From an uncultured Conexibacteraceae bacterium (GTDB lineage Bacteria; Actinomycetota; Thermoleophilia; Solirubrobacterales; Solirubrobacteraceae), in the NCBI GenBank assembly GCA_963761675.1, contig CAVXIA010000001.1, forward strand, positions 169,387-209,386: a DNA stretch of 40,000 bases, read 5' to 3'. Positions within the stretch are counted from its first letter, which is position 1; every line of letters starts with the position of its first letter. The notes beneath the pieces were generated by a model. The model did not search any database. It saw only the letters and a list, made by a program, of their open reading frames with translations, and was not told the origin of the DNA. This document shows, one piece after another, positions 9,273-18,534 of this stretch. Both the position numbers and the translations under genes were made by a program.

Positions 9273-11054
9273 TCAGAAACGAGCTTTCGCAGCGCGCCCA
9301 CGCCCGTCGGAGGCAGTGGCTGCCAGGCGGTCAGCCATGTTCGGGCGCTCGAGAGCTGAGTGACCTCGCTCGAGAAGGATGTGTTCCGCCGCCGCGCGAG
9401 CACGCAACGTGGGATGCTGAGTCCCGGTGCCCGAGAGGGTCGCGTTCACGATCCAGCCGTATGGCTCGATACCGGCCCGGCGCAGGTCGGTTTGGAGGCG
9501 GTCGGCTTCGTAGACAGGGGTGCTCTCTGCGAGGGTGAGGATGATCACGCGTGCATAATCCGGATCTCGTAGGCGCTGCGCGAGGGTTCGTACGGCGTCG
9601 GGAACGCGAGCGTTGGTACGTTCGATCTCACGTTGGTAGCCCTCGGCGGCATCAAGGAGAAGGAGTGTGTGTCCGGTCGGGGCGGTGTCGAGCACGACGA
9701 TCCGATCCTGAGCTTCCTCGACGGTGCTCGCGAACGCCCTGAACACTGCGATCTCCTCAGTGCATGGTGACCGGAGGTCCTCGGCGAGCAGCGCCTGCCC
9801 TTCAGCATCAAGGTCCGGTGCGGCGGCGAGGACCTCGGTGCTGTAGCGGTTGGTTTCGACAACCGGATCGATTCGCTCGACTCGGAGCCTGGTGTGCGGC
9901 TGGCCGGCAAGCACGTCGGATAAGTGAGCGGCAGGGTCGGTGGTGGAAAGTGTCACCTCATGCCCACGGTCTGCCAGTGCCACGGCAATCGCCGCGGCGA
10001 CGGTGGTCTTGCCGACCCCACCCTTGCCCATGGTCATCACGACACCGCGTCCGGCGTCTGCGAGCTCGTCGATCAGCTGCGAGAGCTCACCGAAGGCCGG
10101 TAGCGGGGACGATAACCCGCCGTCCTCGTCGTCCTCGTCTGCCGCGCCGCCGCCGGCCAGTCGTCGGAGCGCGGGAATTCCGATGAGATCTCCTGTTGCC
10201 AGCTCCACGGCCGCGACCTGGATCTGGGCAAGCTCGGCAGGAGCGGTCGCGAGCGCTTCCTGCTGACGGTCGGAGAACGCCTGAGCTGTCGGATCACTCT
10301 CGGGGTGGCGGAGAACACCGTTGACAACCAGTTGCTGGTTGGTGACGCCTAGAGCGCGGAGCTCGTCGCTCGCCCGGGCAGCCTCTCGTAGCGCGCCCGG
10401 ATCCGCGCGGGCGACCAGCACCAGCCGGGTCTGTGCCGGATCGGCAAGCCGTTCGACGGCCTGCTCGTATCGGAGACGCTGCCGATCAAGACCAGCGAGC
10501 GGGCCGAGGCAACTTGCGCCGGACGGGTGCTCCTGCGCGTACCCGCTCCATGCGCTCGGGAGCGTCAGCAGCCTGAGCGTGTGGCCGGTGGGAGCGGTGT
10601 CGAACAGCACTCGGGCGTAGCCTGCCGCGGTCTCACTCGTGAGAATTCTTGTGAATTCGTTGAACGCTGCAATCTCAACGGTGCACGCACCTGAGAGTTG
10701 CTCTTCCATGCTCACGAGCGCACTTTCAGGGAGCACGCCCCGATACGGGGCAAGAGTTCTTTCGCGGTACTCCGCGGCAGCCTGCTCGGGATCGATGTTC
10801 GCCACGTCCAGGTTCGCCACGCCGGTCACGCGTGTCGGATCGCCGCCGGCAGCGACTCCGAAGACGTCAGCAAGGTTGGACGCAGGGTCGGTACTGACCA
10901 ACAGCGTCCGCAAGCCCGATGACGCGAGTGCGACAGCGGCAGCGCAGGCGGTCGTGGTCTTCCCAACCCCGCCTTTGCCGGTGAAGAACACGTGTCGGGT
11001 CGGCCAGTCAACCCAGTCCAGCTGTGGCAACTCCTCGAGAGACGGAAGGGTCAC
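9273..11054 (-). CDS. arsA: Arsenite-stimulated ATPase ArsA (two-domain)
   Basis: 593 aa. It has duplicated P-loops GKGGVGKTT (x2), duplicated DTAPTGHTL signal sequences, and the Cys-containing CTVEIAAF / CTEEIAVF segments. Confidence 0.95.
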   Translation of the reverse strand: MTLPSLEELPQLDWVDWPTRHVFFTGKGGVGKTTTACAAAVALASSGLRTLLVSTDPASNLADVFGVAAGGDPTRVTGVANLDVANIDPEQAAAEYRERTLAPYRGVLPESALVSMEEQLSGACTVEIAAFNEFTRILTSETAAGYARVLFDTAPTGHTLRLLTLPSAWSGYAQEHPSGASCLGPLAGLDRQRLRYEQAVERLADPAQTRLVLVARADPGALREAARASDELRALGVTNQQLVVNGVLRHPESDPTAQAFSDRQQEALATAPAELAQIQVAAVELATGDLIGIPALRRLAGGGAADEDDEDGGLSSPLPAFGELSQLIDELADAGRGVVMTMGKGGVGKTTVAAAIAVALADRGHEVTLSTTDPAAHLSDVLAGQPHTRLRVERIDPVVETNRYSTEVLAAAPDLDAEGQALLAEDLRSPCTEEIAVFRAFASTVEEAQDRIVVLDTAPTGHTLLLLDAAEGYQREIERTNARVPDAVRTLAQRLRDPDYARVIILTLAESTPVYEADRLQTDLRRAGIEPYGWIVNATLSGTGTQHPTLRARAAAEHILLERGHSALERPNMADRLAATASDGRGRAAKARF

Positions 11055-11057
11055 GAC

Positions 11058-11474
11058 TCAGCAGCCGGAGCCCGGTGAGCAGCCACAGCCTGAAGACCGC
11101 TCCGACTCCACGGGCAGCGCGGAGGACGCGTCGGCGAGAAGCGAAGCAAGCTCCTGGCGGCCGGGGTAGTGCCCATGGGTGCGGATCTGACCGTCGACCA
11201 ATAGAATCGGCAGTGCTTTCTCACCGAACGCCTGCATGAGACCGGTGACCTTCGAGTTCGCGACAAACGCGTCAGGATCTGAGGTGAGGTTGTGACGCTT
11301 GACGCTCGCGCCTGAAGCCTCGGCCCAACGCAGGTCCTCGCGGATAGCGAGCAGCTGCTCGTCGACGCTCGGCCCGCACACACCGCTCTCACAGCACATC
11401 GCCCCCTCGTATAGGTCAATGCTCTTGCCGGTTGACTCGTGTGGCTGGCGCTGGGAATTCTCGGTGATGCTCAT
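11058..11474 (-). CDS. arsD: Arsenic metallochaperone / repressor ArsD
   Basis: 138 aa. It carries the MCCESGVCG motif (Cys12/13/18 equivalent) and a thioredoxin-like body. Its stop is 3 nt before the arsA start. Confidence 0.9.
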   Translation of the reverse strand: MSITENSQRQPHESTGKSIDLYEGAMCCESGVCGPSVDEQLLAIREDLRWAEASGASVKRHNLTSDPDAFVANSKVTGLMQAFGEKALPILLVDGQIRTHGHYPGRQELASLLADASSALPVESERSSGCGCSPGSGC

Positions 11475-11564
11475 ATTTGGTCCTTTGTTGTGACGTGTCG
11501 GGAAATTGTCGGCCGCGCGACCGGGCTTGCGCAGGGTGGAGAGACAGGCTTTCGTCTGCCCTAA

Positions 11565-12287
11565 TCATGCGGCGGCGACGAGTTTGCGTGCGTACTCTCC
11601 CGGAAGACCAGCGGCTTCGACTTCTCGGGCGACTGCCTCTGCGTCATATGGAACGCGTTCGATCGAGACCTGCACCTGCCCTGCGTCGTCGGGCTCGAGG
11701 ATTGCGAATGCCGCGCGCGGGTCGCCGTCCTTGGGCTTGCCAACCGACCCGCAGTTCACGAACAGGACCTCACCGTAAGTGTGGATCCATGGCTTGTGCG
11801 TGTGCCCGAACACCATCACTTGCGCTTCTTCGGCAGCCGCGAATCGCTCGTATAGGCCGGCGGGCTTTTCCTCGAACAGGTACTCGTTGACCTTTCGCGG
11901 CGAGCCGTGCACGAGATGGATCGGAATGTCTCCGAGCTCAAAGCGCAAATCGAACGGGAGCCCGCGCATGAAGTCCTTCGCGGCCTGATCGGTGTGGGCC
12001 AGGGTCCAGGCGACCGACTTCTTACCGAGTTCGCGATCATGCTCGGTCACATATGCACAACCGCAATCATCCAGATCGCGGGCAATCGCGTAGTCGTAGT
12101 TGCCATAGATCGTCGGGATCGTCCGTTCCTGGATCAGCGCGCACACCTCATTGGGATGCGGGCCGTAACCAACAAGATCCCCGCCGCAAAAGATCTGATC
12201 AACGCTGATCGCGTCGATCGCCTCCAGGCTCGCCTCAAGCGCGGGAAGATTGCCGTGAATGTCGGTAATGACAGCCAGTCGAGTCAA
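11565..12287 (-). CDS. Metallophosphoesterase (YfcE/MJ0936-like) embedded in the ars operon
   Basis: 240 aa. The calcineurin-like motifs are DIHGN, GGDLVGYG, GNYD, VFGHTH and GSVG. Confidence 0.85.
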   Translation of the reverse strand: MTRLAVITDIHGNLPALEASLEAIDAISVDQIFCGGDLVGYGPHPNEVCALIQERTIPTIYGNYDYAIARDLDDCGCAYVTEHDRELGKKSVAWTLAHTDQAAKDFMRGLPFDLRFELGDIPIHLVHGSPRKVNEYLFEEKPAGLYERFAAAEEAQVMVFGHTHKPWIHTYGEVLFVNCGSVGKPKDGDPRAAFAILEPDDAGQVQVSIERVPYDAEAVAREVEAAGLPGEYARKLVAAA

Positions 12288-12302
12288 AATGTCTCCGGAA
12301 GG

Positions 12303-12956
12303 TCAGGGCACTGGGACGGTTGTTAGAGCTTCGAGCAGTTCGGTGACGCGAGCTTTGATCTCGTCACGGATGACTCGAACGACCTCAATTGGCTGCTCTG
12401 CTGGGTCGGGGATGTCCCAGTCCTGGTAGCGCTTGCCCGGATAGACCGGGCATGAGTCGCCGCAGCCCATGGTTATGACGACGTCGGCGGCGCGGACCAC
12501 GATGTCGGTCAGTGGCTTGGGGAACTCCTGGGTGATGTCAATCCCGATCTCGCTCATCGCTTCGGCGACGGCCGGATAGATGTGCGCGCCGGGCTTTGAG
12601 CCTGCGCAGCGCACCCCGACGCGGTCGGCGCCGAGCTGATGCGCGAGTCCGGCCGCCATCTGGCTGCGCCCGGCGTTGTGCTCGCATACGAACAGCACCT
12701 CGGGCAGCAGCTTGGGAATCAGCTCCTCCACCTGTGCGGCCGCGCGCAGCTGGTCGCGAGCGAAGCGCTCGACCAACGTTGGGAAGAACGGTGGGATCAG
12801 CGTTGCCTGCGCTGTCAACCGTTCCCAGGAGTCGTCAACTGCCCGCTTGACCGTCTCCTCCGAGAACACGCCGTCGTACTTCGCAGCGAGCCGGCCGACC
12901 GACGCCGCCAACGCGCTTTCCATCGGCGCGTCACGTCTGATGTGCCCGTAACTCAT
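12303..12956 (-). CDS. arsC: Arsenate reductase ArsC (LMW-PTPase type) with an ~85-aa N-terminal extension
   Basis: It has the CX5R P-loop VCEHNAGRSQ plus MGCGDSCP and a DP motif. ATG at 12956 is preceded by AAGGAGG (12960-12970 minus-strand reading), so I prefer it to the 12995 start in the track. Confidence 0.85.
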   Translation of the reverse strand: MSYGHIRRDAPMESALAASVGRLAAKYDGVFSEETVKRAVDDSWERLTAQATLIPPFFPTLVERFARDQLRAAAQVEELIPKLLPEVLFVCEHNAGRSQMAAGLAHQLGADRVGVRCAGSKPGAHIYPAVAEAMSEIGIDITQEFPKPLTDIVVRAADVVITMGCGDSCPVYPGKRYQDWDIPDPAEQPIEVVRVIRDEIKARVTELLEALTTVPVP

Positions 12957-12994
12957 GGCTGCCTCCTTAGATCCCTGTACTTCCAGTCTACCCA

Positions 12995-13044
12995 TTGACA
13001 GCGATCACTTCAATTGATATTTGTAGATCGATGACCATCGATCT
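12995..13044. promoter_or_regulatory. arsC / arsR divergent control region: TTGACA box and 9-2-9 inverted repeat over the arsR start
   Basis: TTGACA lies at 12995-13000 and palindrome TCAATTGA at about 13010-13017. A perfect inverted repeat AGATCGATG-AC-CATCGATCT at 13025-13044 overlaps ATG 13031. The function is inferred only. Confidence 0.35.
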
Positions 13045-13384
13045 GGAACTCACCCCGAAGACCAAACGACCCGCGGGAGAGCCTTGCTGCGAACCGGTCG
13101 TCTACCCCGACGTCCAACGCGAGCAAGCGATTCGCATGGCCGAGGTCGCCAAGGCTCTCGGCGATCCAGTCCGCTTGCAACTCGTTGACGTGCTCCGCAA
13201 GCATGCGGGCAAGGTCTGTGTATGCGAGCTGGTCCCGCTGTTCGACATCGCGCAGCCCACGCTGTCCCATCACCTCAAGAAGTTGCGTGAAGCCGGGATC
13301 GTCGACTCTGAGCGTCAAGGCCTGTGGGCCTACTACTACGTGATCCCCGACGCTCTGAAGGAGCTGTCCGCATGGCTCAGCTGA
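13031..13384 (+). CDS. arsR: ArsR-family arsenite-responsive repressor
   Basis: It has a winged HTH with the As(III)-binding CVC motif (GKVCVCELV), TLSHHLKKLREAG and an extra N-terminal CC pair. ATG 13031 is preferred over TTG 12995, which lies within the putative -35 box. Confidence 0.9.
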   Translation: MTIDLELTPKTKRPAGEPCCEPVVYPDVQREQAIRMAEVAKALGDPVRLQLVDVLRKHAGKVCVCELVPLFDIAQPTLSHHLKKLREAGIVDSERQGLWAYYYVIPDALKELSAWLS

Positions 13385-14304
13385 CCAACCCTCTGACGAC
13401 CGTCGACGAGCCGGCCGCCTGTTGTACCCCGACGGAGCAGGCCAGCTGCTGCGAACCGATTGACAAGGTCACATGCTGTGATCCGAGCCACGGCGGGGGA
13501 TGTGGCTGCGCCGCCGGCCAGACGACTGACCCGCCGGCGACCGATATTCGCGTGCAGGTCCGTGAGCGCTACGCCGCCGCCGCCCTGCAGGTCACAACTG
13601 TGAGCCCAGAGGTTGGTTGTTGCGCGCCGAGTGACACGTTTGACGGCGGCAGCGAAGTCTTCGGGGCCGCGCTGTACGCGCTCGGTGACCGGGCGCAGAT
13701 CCCAGACACCGCAGCGCTCGCCTCACTCGGCTGCGGCAACCCGACCGCCGTGGCTGAGCTTCACGAGGGCGAGACTGTCCTTGACCTGGGTTCCGGAGGC
13801 GGCATCGACGTTCTCCTCTCCGCCAAGCGCGTCGGGCCCACGGGACTCGCGTATGGCCTCGACATGACCGATGAGATGCTCGCGCTGGCCCGTGAGAATC
13901 AGGAAAAGGCTGGGGTCGAGAATGTGCAATGGCTGCGCGGCCATATCGAAGAGGTCCCGCTGCCAGACGCTTCAGTTGACGTTGTGATCTCAAACTGCGT
14001 GATCAACCTCTCGGGCGACAAGCCCCGAGTGATCGCTGAAGCAGCTCGGGTTCTCCGCCCGGGCGGCCGCTTCGCAGTCTCAGATGTCATCGCCGATGAG
14101 GATATGGACGAGGCGACCCGCGCAGACATGCAGGCCTTCACCGGCTGCATAGCCGGGGCACTCACGCGTGCCCAGTTCCAACAGATCCTCACGGACGCCG
14201 GCTTCCAGGATGTCGATATTCAGGAGACCCACCGGGTGCACCGATCAGCCGGGTCGGCGATCGTCCGCGCTCGCAGACCTGTCTCAGAATCCGTCAGCGC
14301 CTGA
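13372..14304 (+). CDS. arsM: Arsenite S-adenosylmethionine methyltransferase ArsM
   Basis: It has SAM motif I ([11 protein letters not shown]), [13 protein letters not shown] and RVLRPGGRF. The N-terminus is Cys-rich (CC..CC..CC..CGC). ATG 13372 overlaps the arsR stop by 13 nt. Confidence 0.9.
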   Translation: MAQLTNPLTTVDEPAACCTPTEQASCCEPIDKVTCCDPSHGGGCGCAAGQTTDPPATDIRVQVRERYAAAALQVTTVSPEVGCCAPSDTFDGGSEVFGAALYALGDRAQIPDTAALASLGCGNPTAVAELHEGETVLDLGSGGGIDVLLSAKRVGPTGLAYGLDMTDEMLALARENQEKAGVENVQWLRGHIEEVPLPDASVDVVISNCVINLSGDKPRVIAEAARVLRPGGRFAVSDVIADEDMDEATRADMQAFTGCIAGALTRAQFQQILTDAGFQDVDIQETHRVHRSAGSAIVRARRPVSESVSA

Positions 14305-14364
14305 CCCTAACGGCTCCTGCAAGTGGCCGGTGTTTGCACGCCTGAGTCGCGACTGCTTGGGGTT

Positions 14365-14392
14365 AGCGCAAAATTGCGTCCCACATTGCGCT
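14365..14392. terminator. Possible bidirectional hairpin between convergent arsM and the MFS gene
   Basis: AGCGCAA (14365-14371) and TTGCGCT (14386-14392) form a perfect 7-bp inverted repeat. There is no U-tract, so the call is weak. Confidence 0.25.
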
Positions 14393-14416
14393 GCGTGAAC
14401 CGGCGGTCCGGGATCG

Positions 14417-16078
14417 CTAGGCGGGTGATGGTCTGGGCTTAGCTTGACCGCCGGGTTGGACGGTCGGGATGCCTCGGGTGAACGGGAGCGCCACGAGCGC
14501 GAGCAGCGCGAGAATCGCTTCCGCGGCTCGCAGCCCGTCGATCTGGCTCTTCTCGTTCTGTTTGACGATCTCGTCAGCGGTTGCGGTAGGCACGTCCGCC
14601 TGTTGTAACGCGGCCCGGACGTCGGCGTCCGACATGAACGGCACGCCGCCTGCCAGCTGCGTCTGCGCCTGCGCCGCGACGCTCGCGGGAACCTTGGGGT
14701 TGTTCTCGATACCGGTGAGGAACGATGCGGTCATCGCGGAGATGAGCACTGCCCCTGCGAGCGCTGTGCCGATCGACGCGCCGAGCTGAGTGCCTGTGTT
14801 CTGAAGCCCGCCGACCTCGCCGCTCTTCTCATCGGGCACCGAGGAGACCGTCACAGCCCCGAGCTGAGAGGCCAGCAACCCGAGCCCGGAACCGGCGAGC
14901 AACAATGGCCCCGTGACGATCCCCGCGCCGACGCCAACGTTCAGCAAGCCGACCAGCAGCACGAGGCCGGCGAACAACGTGATGAAACCGAGGCGGACGA
15001 CCCGTCGTGGCGAGGCGTTTGGGCGGAGCTTGGGGACACCAACGGCGAACGCGAGCAGGGACAGCGACAGCGGCAACAGGCGCACCCCGGTTTCGACCGC
15101 TGAGACTCCGAGCGCGACCGACAGGAACAGGGGAACGGTGAAGAAGATCCCTGCCTGGATGAGGAACAGGAAGAAGAAGGACATGACCCCGTTGCGCAGC
15201 TGGAGATTGCGCAGCATCACCGGGTCGAAGAGCGCGCCCTCGTCACGCTGGACCCGCCGGTTCTCCCACCACACGAACAGGCCCAGCACGGCGGCGCCCG
15301 CCAGGATCAGCCAGATCGCCGGGGACAGGCCGAACCATTCAGGAGCGTCCGGCTTCGGTCGCACCAGCCCCCACGTCCCGGACCTCAGGATGCCGAAGAC
15401 GATCGCACCCAGGCCGAGCGCGGACAGAGCCGTCCCGACCAGGTCGAGCCTGGCGCCTTCCTCCGCCGGCGTGTCCTGCATTCGGCGAGTCAGCGCGAGG
15501 ATCACCAGCACGATGACCACCTCCCCGGCGAACACCCACCGCCATGACGCGTAGGTGGTGAACAGGCCGCCCACCAGCGGCCCGAGCGCCGCCGCGATCG
15601 CGCCCGCGGCGGCGACGAGCCCGTAGGCGCGAGGACGGTCGGGCTTGCCGAAGTTCGACGCGACCAACGCCACGATCGCCGGCATGATCAGCACCGCCCC
15701 CAAGCCTTCCAGGCCCGACCAGCCGATCATCAGCACGGCCAGATTGTGTGAGAGTGCGGTAGTCAGCGAGCCGCAGGCGTAAATGATGCATCCGATCGCA
15801 AACGCCCGCTTGCGCCCGATCATCTGACCGACCTTCCCGCCCGTGATCATCAGCGACGCCATCACCAACGTGTAGAGGGTGATCGCGGTCTGGATCCCGG
15901 TCACGGTCGTACCAACATCCTTGGCGACCGTCGCGATCGCCGTGTTCATGACCGTCGTATCGAGGGCCATCACGAACTGCCCGGCCGCCAGGGTCATGAG
16001 AACGATCCCCGCTGCGCCGGCGGCGTTCGCCGCTCCCGCCCCACCCGTGGGCGCTACAACATCCGCGTCGGCGCTCAT
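14417..16078 (-). CDS. MFS transporter, DHA2 (14-TMS, EmrB/QacA-like) family
   Basis: It has many TM segments, the MFS motifs (LDTTVMNTAI, GKVGQMIGRKRAF) and a hydrophilic C-terminal tail. I prefer ATG 16078 (MSADAD...) to the 16276 start, which would run across the divergent promoter. Confidence 0.85.
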   Translation of the reverse strand: MSADADVVAPTGGAGAANAAGAAGIVLMTLAAGQFVMALDTTVMNTAIATVAKDVGTTVTGIQTAITLYTLVMASLMITGGKVGQMIGRKRAFAIGCIIYACGSLTTALSHNLAVLMIGWSGLEGLGAVLIMPAIVALVASNFGKPDRPRAYGLVAAAGAIAAALGPLVGGLFTTYASWRWVFAGEVVIVLVILALTRRMQDTPAEEGARLDLVGTALSALGLGAIVFGILRSGTWGLVRPKPDAPEWFGLSPAIWLILAGAAVLGLFVWWENRRVQRDEGALFDPVMLRNLQLRNGVMSFFFLFLIQAGIFFTVPLFLSVALGVSAVETGVRLLPLSLSLLAFAVGVPKLRPNASPRRVVRLGFITLFAGLVLLVGLLNVGVGAGIVTGPLLLAGSGLGLLASQLGAVTVSSVPDEKSGEVGGLQNTGTQLGASIGTALAGAVLISAMTASFLTGIENNPKVPASVAAQAQTQLAGGVPFMSDADVRAALQQADVPTATADEIVKQNEKSQIDGLRAAEAILALLALVALPFTRGIPTVQPGGQAKPRPSPA

Positions 16079-16204
16079 CCCGCACACCCTAACCCACGAC
16101 AGATCCCGAAGCCGCTTCGATCGTTGCGACCGGTCTGCGCCCCGCCCGTCGGAGAGGGTGCTTACTGGGCACTGAGTCTCATAAGTTTGTAAGATTCTAA
16201 CCTT

Positions 16205-16576
16205 ATGTGGGCGTCTCGTTCTGGCCAGCCTCCGGTGTATGCGTTGAAGGCGGACTTCTTTCGGGTTCTGGGTCATCCGGCGCGGGTCCGGATTCTGCAG
16301 TTGCTGCGGGACTGTGAGCGCTCTGTCGGCGCGCTCCAGGAGGCGCTCGAGCTCGACTCCTCAGCCGTCTCCCAGCATCTTGCTGCGCTGCGGCGGCAGG
16401 GGCTGGTCGCGAATCGGAGGGAGGGGACGAGCGTTTACTACCGGGTGAGCGATCCGCGCATATTGCAGTTGCTGGAGCTGGCCAAGGCGATCATCACCTC
16501 GACGCTTGAGCAGAATCAGGCGCTACTTGACGAGTTGGCCGTAGAGGAGTTTGCGCCTGGACAGGGCCACGGCTGA
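16205..16576 (+). CDS. ArsR/SmtB-family transcriptional regulator (Rv0081-like; lacks the CVC arsenite site)
   Basis: 123 aa with FFRVLGHPARVRILQLL...SAVSQHLAALRRQGLV. Its stop is 2 nt before the first hydrogenase-module gene. Confidence 0.85.
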   Translation: MWASRSGQPPVYALKADFFRVLGHPARVRILQLLRDCERSVGALQEALELDSSAVSQHLAALRRQGLVANRREGTSVYYRVSDPRILQLLELAKAIITSTLEQNQALLDELAVEEFAPGQGHG

Positions 16577-16578
16577 CG

Positions 16579-18534
16579 GTGGGCGCCCTCGGTGCCATGG
16601 CGCTCGCGGGGGCGCTGATGATTGGGGTTGGAGGCGCGCTAGCAGCGACGCGTGGCAGGCTGCGGGTCGGTCTGGTAGTGCAGGCCGCGGGGATGACGCT
16701 GCTCGGCGTTGTCGGGCTCGTGGCGCTGACGGGCGGTGACCACGCCGGGTCTGCGTTTCGCAGTACTGTCGCGCCGGCATTTGGTCTGGACCCGTTGAGC
16801 GGCTTCTTCCTGGCGGTGCTTGCGCTGACGGCGGTCCCGACGCTGGTGTACGCGCGTGACTACCTGCCGGGCAGCAGTGGCGACCGAGGCGTCGGCGCGC
16901 TTACGGCCGGGTTTCTGCTGGCGCTCGTCGGGGTGCTGGTGGCGCGCGACGTGACGACCTTCCTTGCGTTCTGGGAGTTGATGACGCTGCTGCCGGCCGC
17001 GGCGATCCTCGTCGCCAGGCGCGATGCAACTGTGCGCAGCGCGGTCTACGCATACTTGGCGATCACTCACTTGGGTGGCGCCGGGGTCTGGATCGCCCTG
17101 CTCGTGCTGCAGCATCATGGCGCGATCGGCGACCCCGCTGCGTTAGCTGCGGCCGGAAACGGCGCTCAAACGCTGGTCGCGGTCGCGGCGTTGGTCGGGT
17201 TCGGGACCAAGGCCGGATTCATCCCGCTGCACTCGTGGTTGCCGCGGGCGCACCCGGTCGCGCCGGCGCATCTGTCAGCGCTGATGTCGGGGATGATGAT
17301 CAAGGTCGCGCTGTACGGGCTTATTCGAGTGGAGTTCCAGTCGCTCGGGACGACACCTCGTTGGCTTGGGATCGCGCTCGTCACAGTCGGCGTGGTGTCC
17401 TCGCTTGGCGGGGTGCTGTGGGCCATCGTCCAGCACAACCTCAAGCGGCTGCTGGCCTATCACTCGATTGAGAACGTCGGGATCATTGCGCTCGGATTGG
17501 GTGCGTCGCTCCTGCTTACAGATGCCGGCGCGCGGACGTGGGCGGCGATCGCGTTTGCGGCGGCGCTGCTTCATATCGCCAACCATGCGACGTTCAAGAC
17601 GCTGCTGTTTCTCGGCGCGGGTGCGTTCGAGCGAGGCGTCGGGAGTCTCCACCTCGATCACCTCGGCGGGCTGCTGCGCCGGATGCCGTGGACCGGGGGC
17701 GCGTTTCTGGTCGGCTCGATGGCGATCGCCGGGCTGCCGCCGTTGAACGGGTTTGCGTCCGAATGGCTGACGCTGCAGGCGCTGCTGCACGCCGCGATGC
17801 ATCGGCCGGTCGGGATCGCGCTGCTCGCTGGCGGGGCGCTTGCAGCGCTGGCGGCGACGGCGGCGCTCGCTCTGCTGTGCTTCGTGAAGGTGGTCGGGCT
17901 GGCGCTGCTCGGCGCGCCACGGCGCGCCGAGTGCGCTGCGGCCGTTGATCCCGCCGTCGGGATGCGCGCCGGGATGGTCGTCCTGGCGGTAGCTTGCATC
18001 GTGCTCGGCCTGGTCCCCGGACTGGTGCTGCCGACGCTGATGAGTCTCGCCCCGGGGAGGGGACACACCCAGCTCCCGCGGCACCTTGGCCTGTGGCTGC
18101 CGGGTACCGGCTCCTATCCCGCATTCGCGGTCGGGCTGGCGCTTATTGTCCTGACCACCGGGGTGACGTTGCTGCGCGGATCCCGCAGGAGCGCGCCGGC
18201 GCCGTCGTGGGCATGTGGGCAGCCGGTGGTGCCCGCACTGCGCTGGACCTCGGCTGGGTTCACGAAGCCACTGCGACTCGTACTCGAGGGTGTTCTCCGC
18301 CCTCGGCGCAGAATCGTGGTCCGAGAGGACGGCGGGATGGTGCAGGAGATCTCCTACTCCGGCCACGTCCCTTCGCTCGTCGACACGGTGCTGTACGAGC
18401 CGACGATCCGCGCCGGACTTCGCGCCGCGGCCGTCGCGCGGCGACTGCAGACCGGCAACATCCGCACCTACGCGGCATATTTGCTCGGGCTCGTGGTCGG
18501 GCTGCTGCTGCTCGCGCGAGCGGGAGTGCTGTAG
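16579..18534 (+). CDS. Proton-conducting antiporter-like membrane subunit (NuoL/HyfB/HycC-like)
   Basis: 651 aa and polytopic. Family motifs include WELMTL, GFGTKAGFIPLHSWLPRAHP, LLAYHSIENVG and ANHATFKTLLFL. Confidence 0.85.
   Translation: MGALGAMALAGALMIGVGGALAATRGRLRVGLVVQAAGMTLLGVVGLVALTGGDHAGSAFRSTVAPAFGLDPLSGFFLAVLALTAVPTLVYARDYLPGSSGDRGVGALTAGFLLALVGVLVARDVTTFLAFWELMTLLPAAAILVARRDATVRSAVYAYLAITHLGGAGVWIALLVLQHHGAIGDPAALAAAGNGAQTLVAVAALVGFGTKAGFIPLHSWLPRAHPVAPAHLSALMSGMMIKVALYGLIRVEFQSLGTTPRWLGIALVTVGVVSSLGGVLWAIVQHNLKRLLAYHSIENVGIIALGLGASLLLTDAGARTWAAIAFAAALLHIANHATFKTLLFLGAGAFERGVGSLHLDHLGGLLRRMPWTGGAFLVGSMAIAGLPPLNGFASEWLTLQALLHAAMHRPVGIALLAGGALAALAATAALALLCFVKVVGLALLGAPRRAECAAAVDPAVGMRAGMVVLAVACIVLGLVPGLVLPTLMSLAPGRGHTQLPRHLGLWLPGTGSYPAFAVGLALIVLTTGVTLLRGSRRSAPAPSWACGQPVVPALRWTSAGFTKPLRLVLEGVLRPRRRIVVREDGGMVQEISYSGHVPSLVDTVLYEPTIRAGLRAAAVARRLQTGNIRTYAAYLLGLVVGLLLLARAGVL

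Noticed and set aside
12995-13030. The ORF-track starts at 12995 for both arsR (TTG) and arsC.
   Set aside because: These starts would make the two divergent genes overlap their own promoter. ATG 13031 (arsR) and the SD-preceded ATG 12956 (arsC) are better supported.
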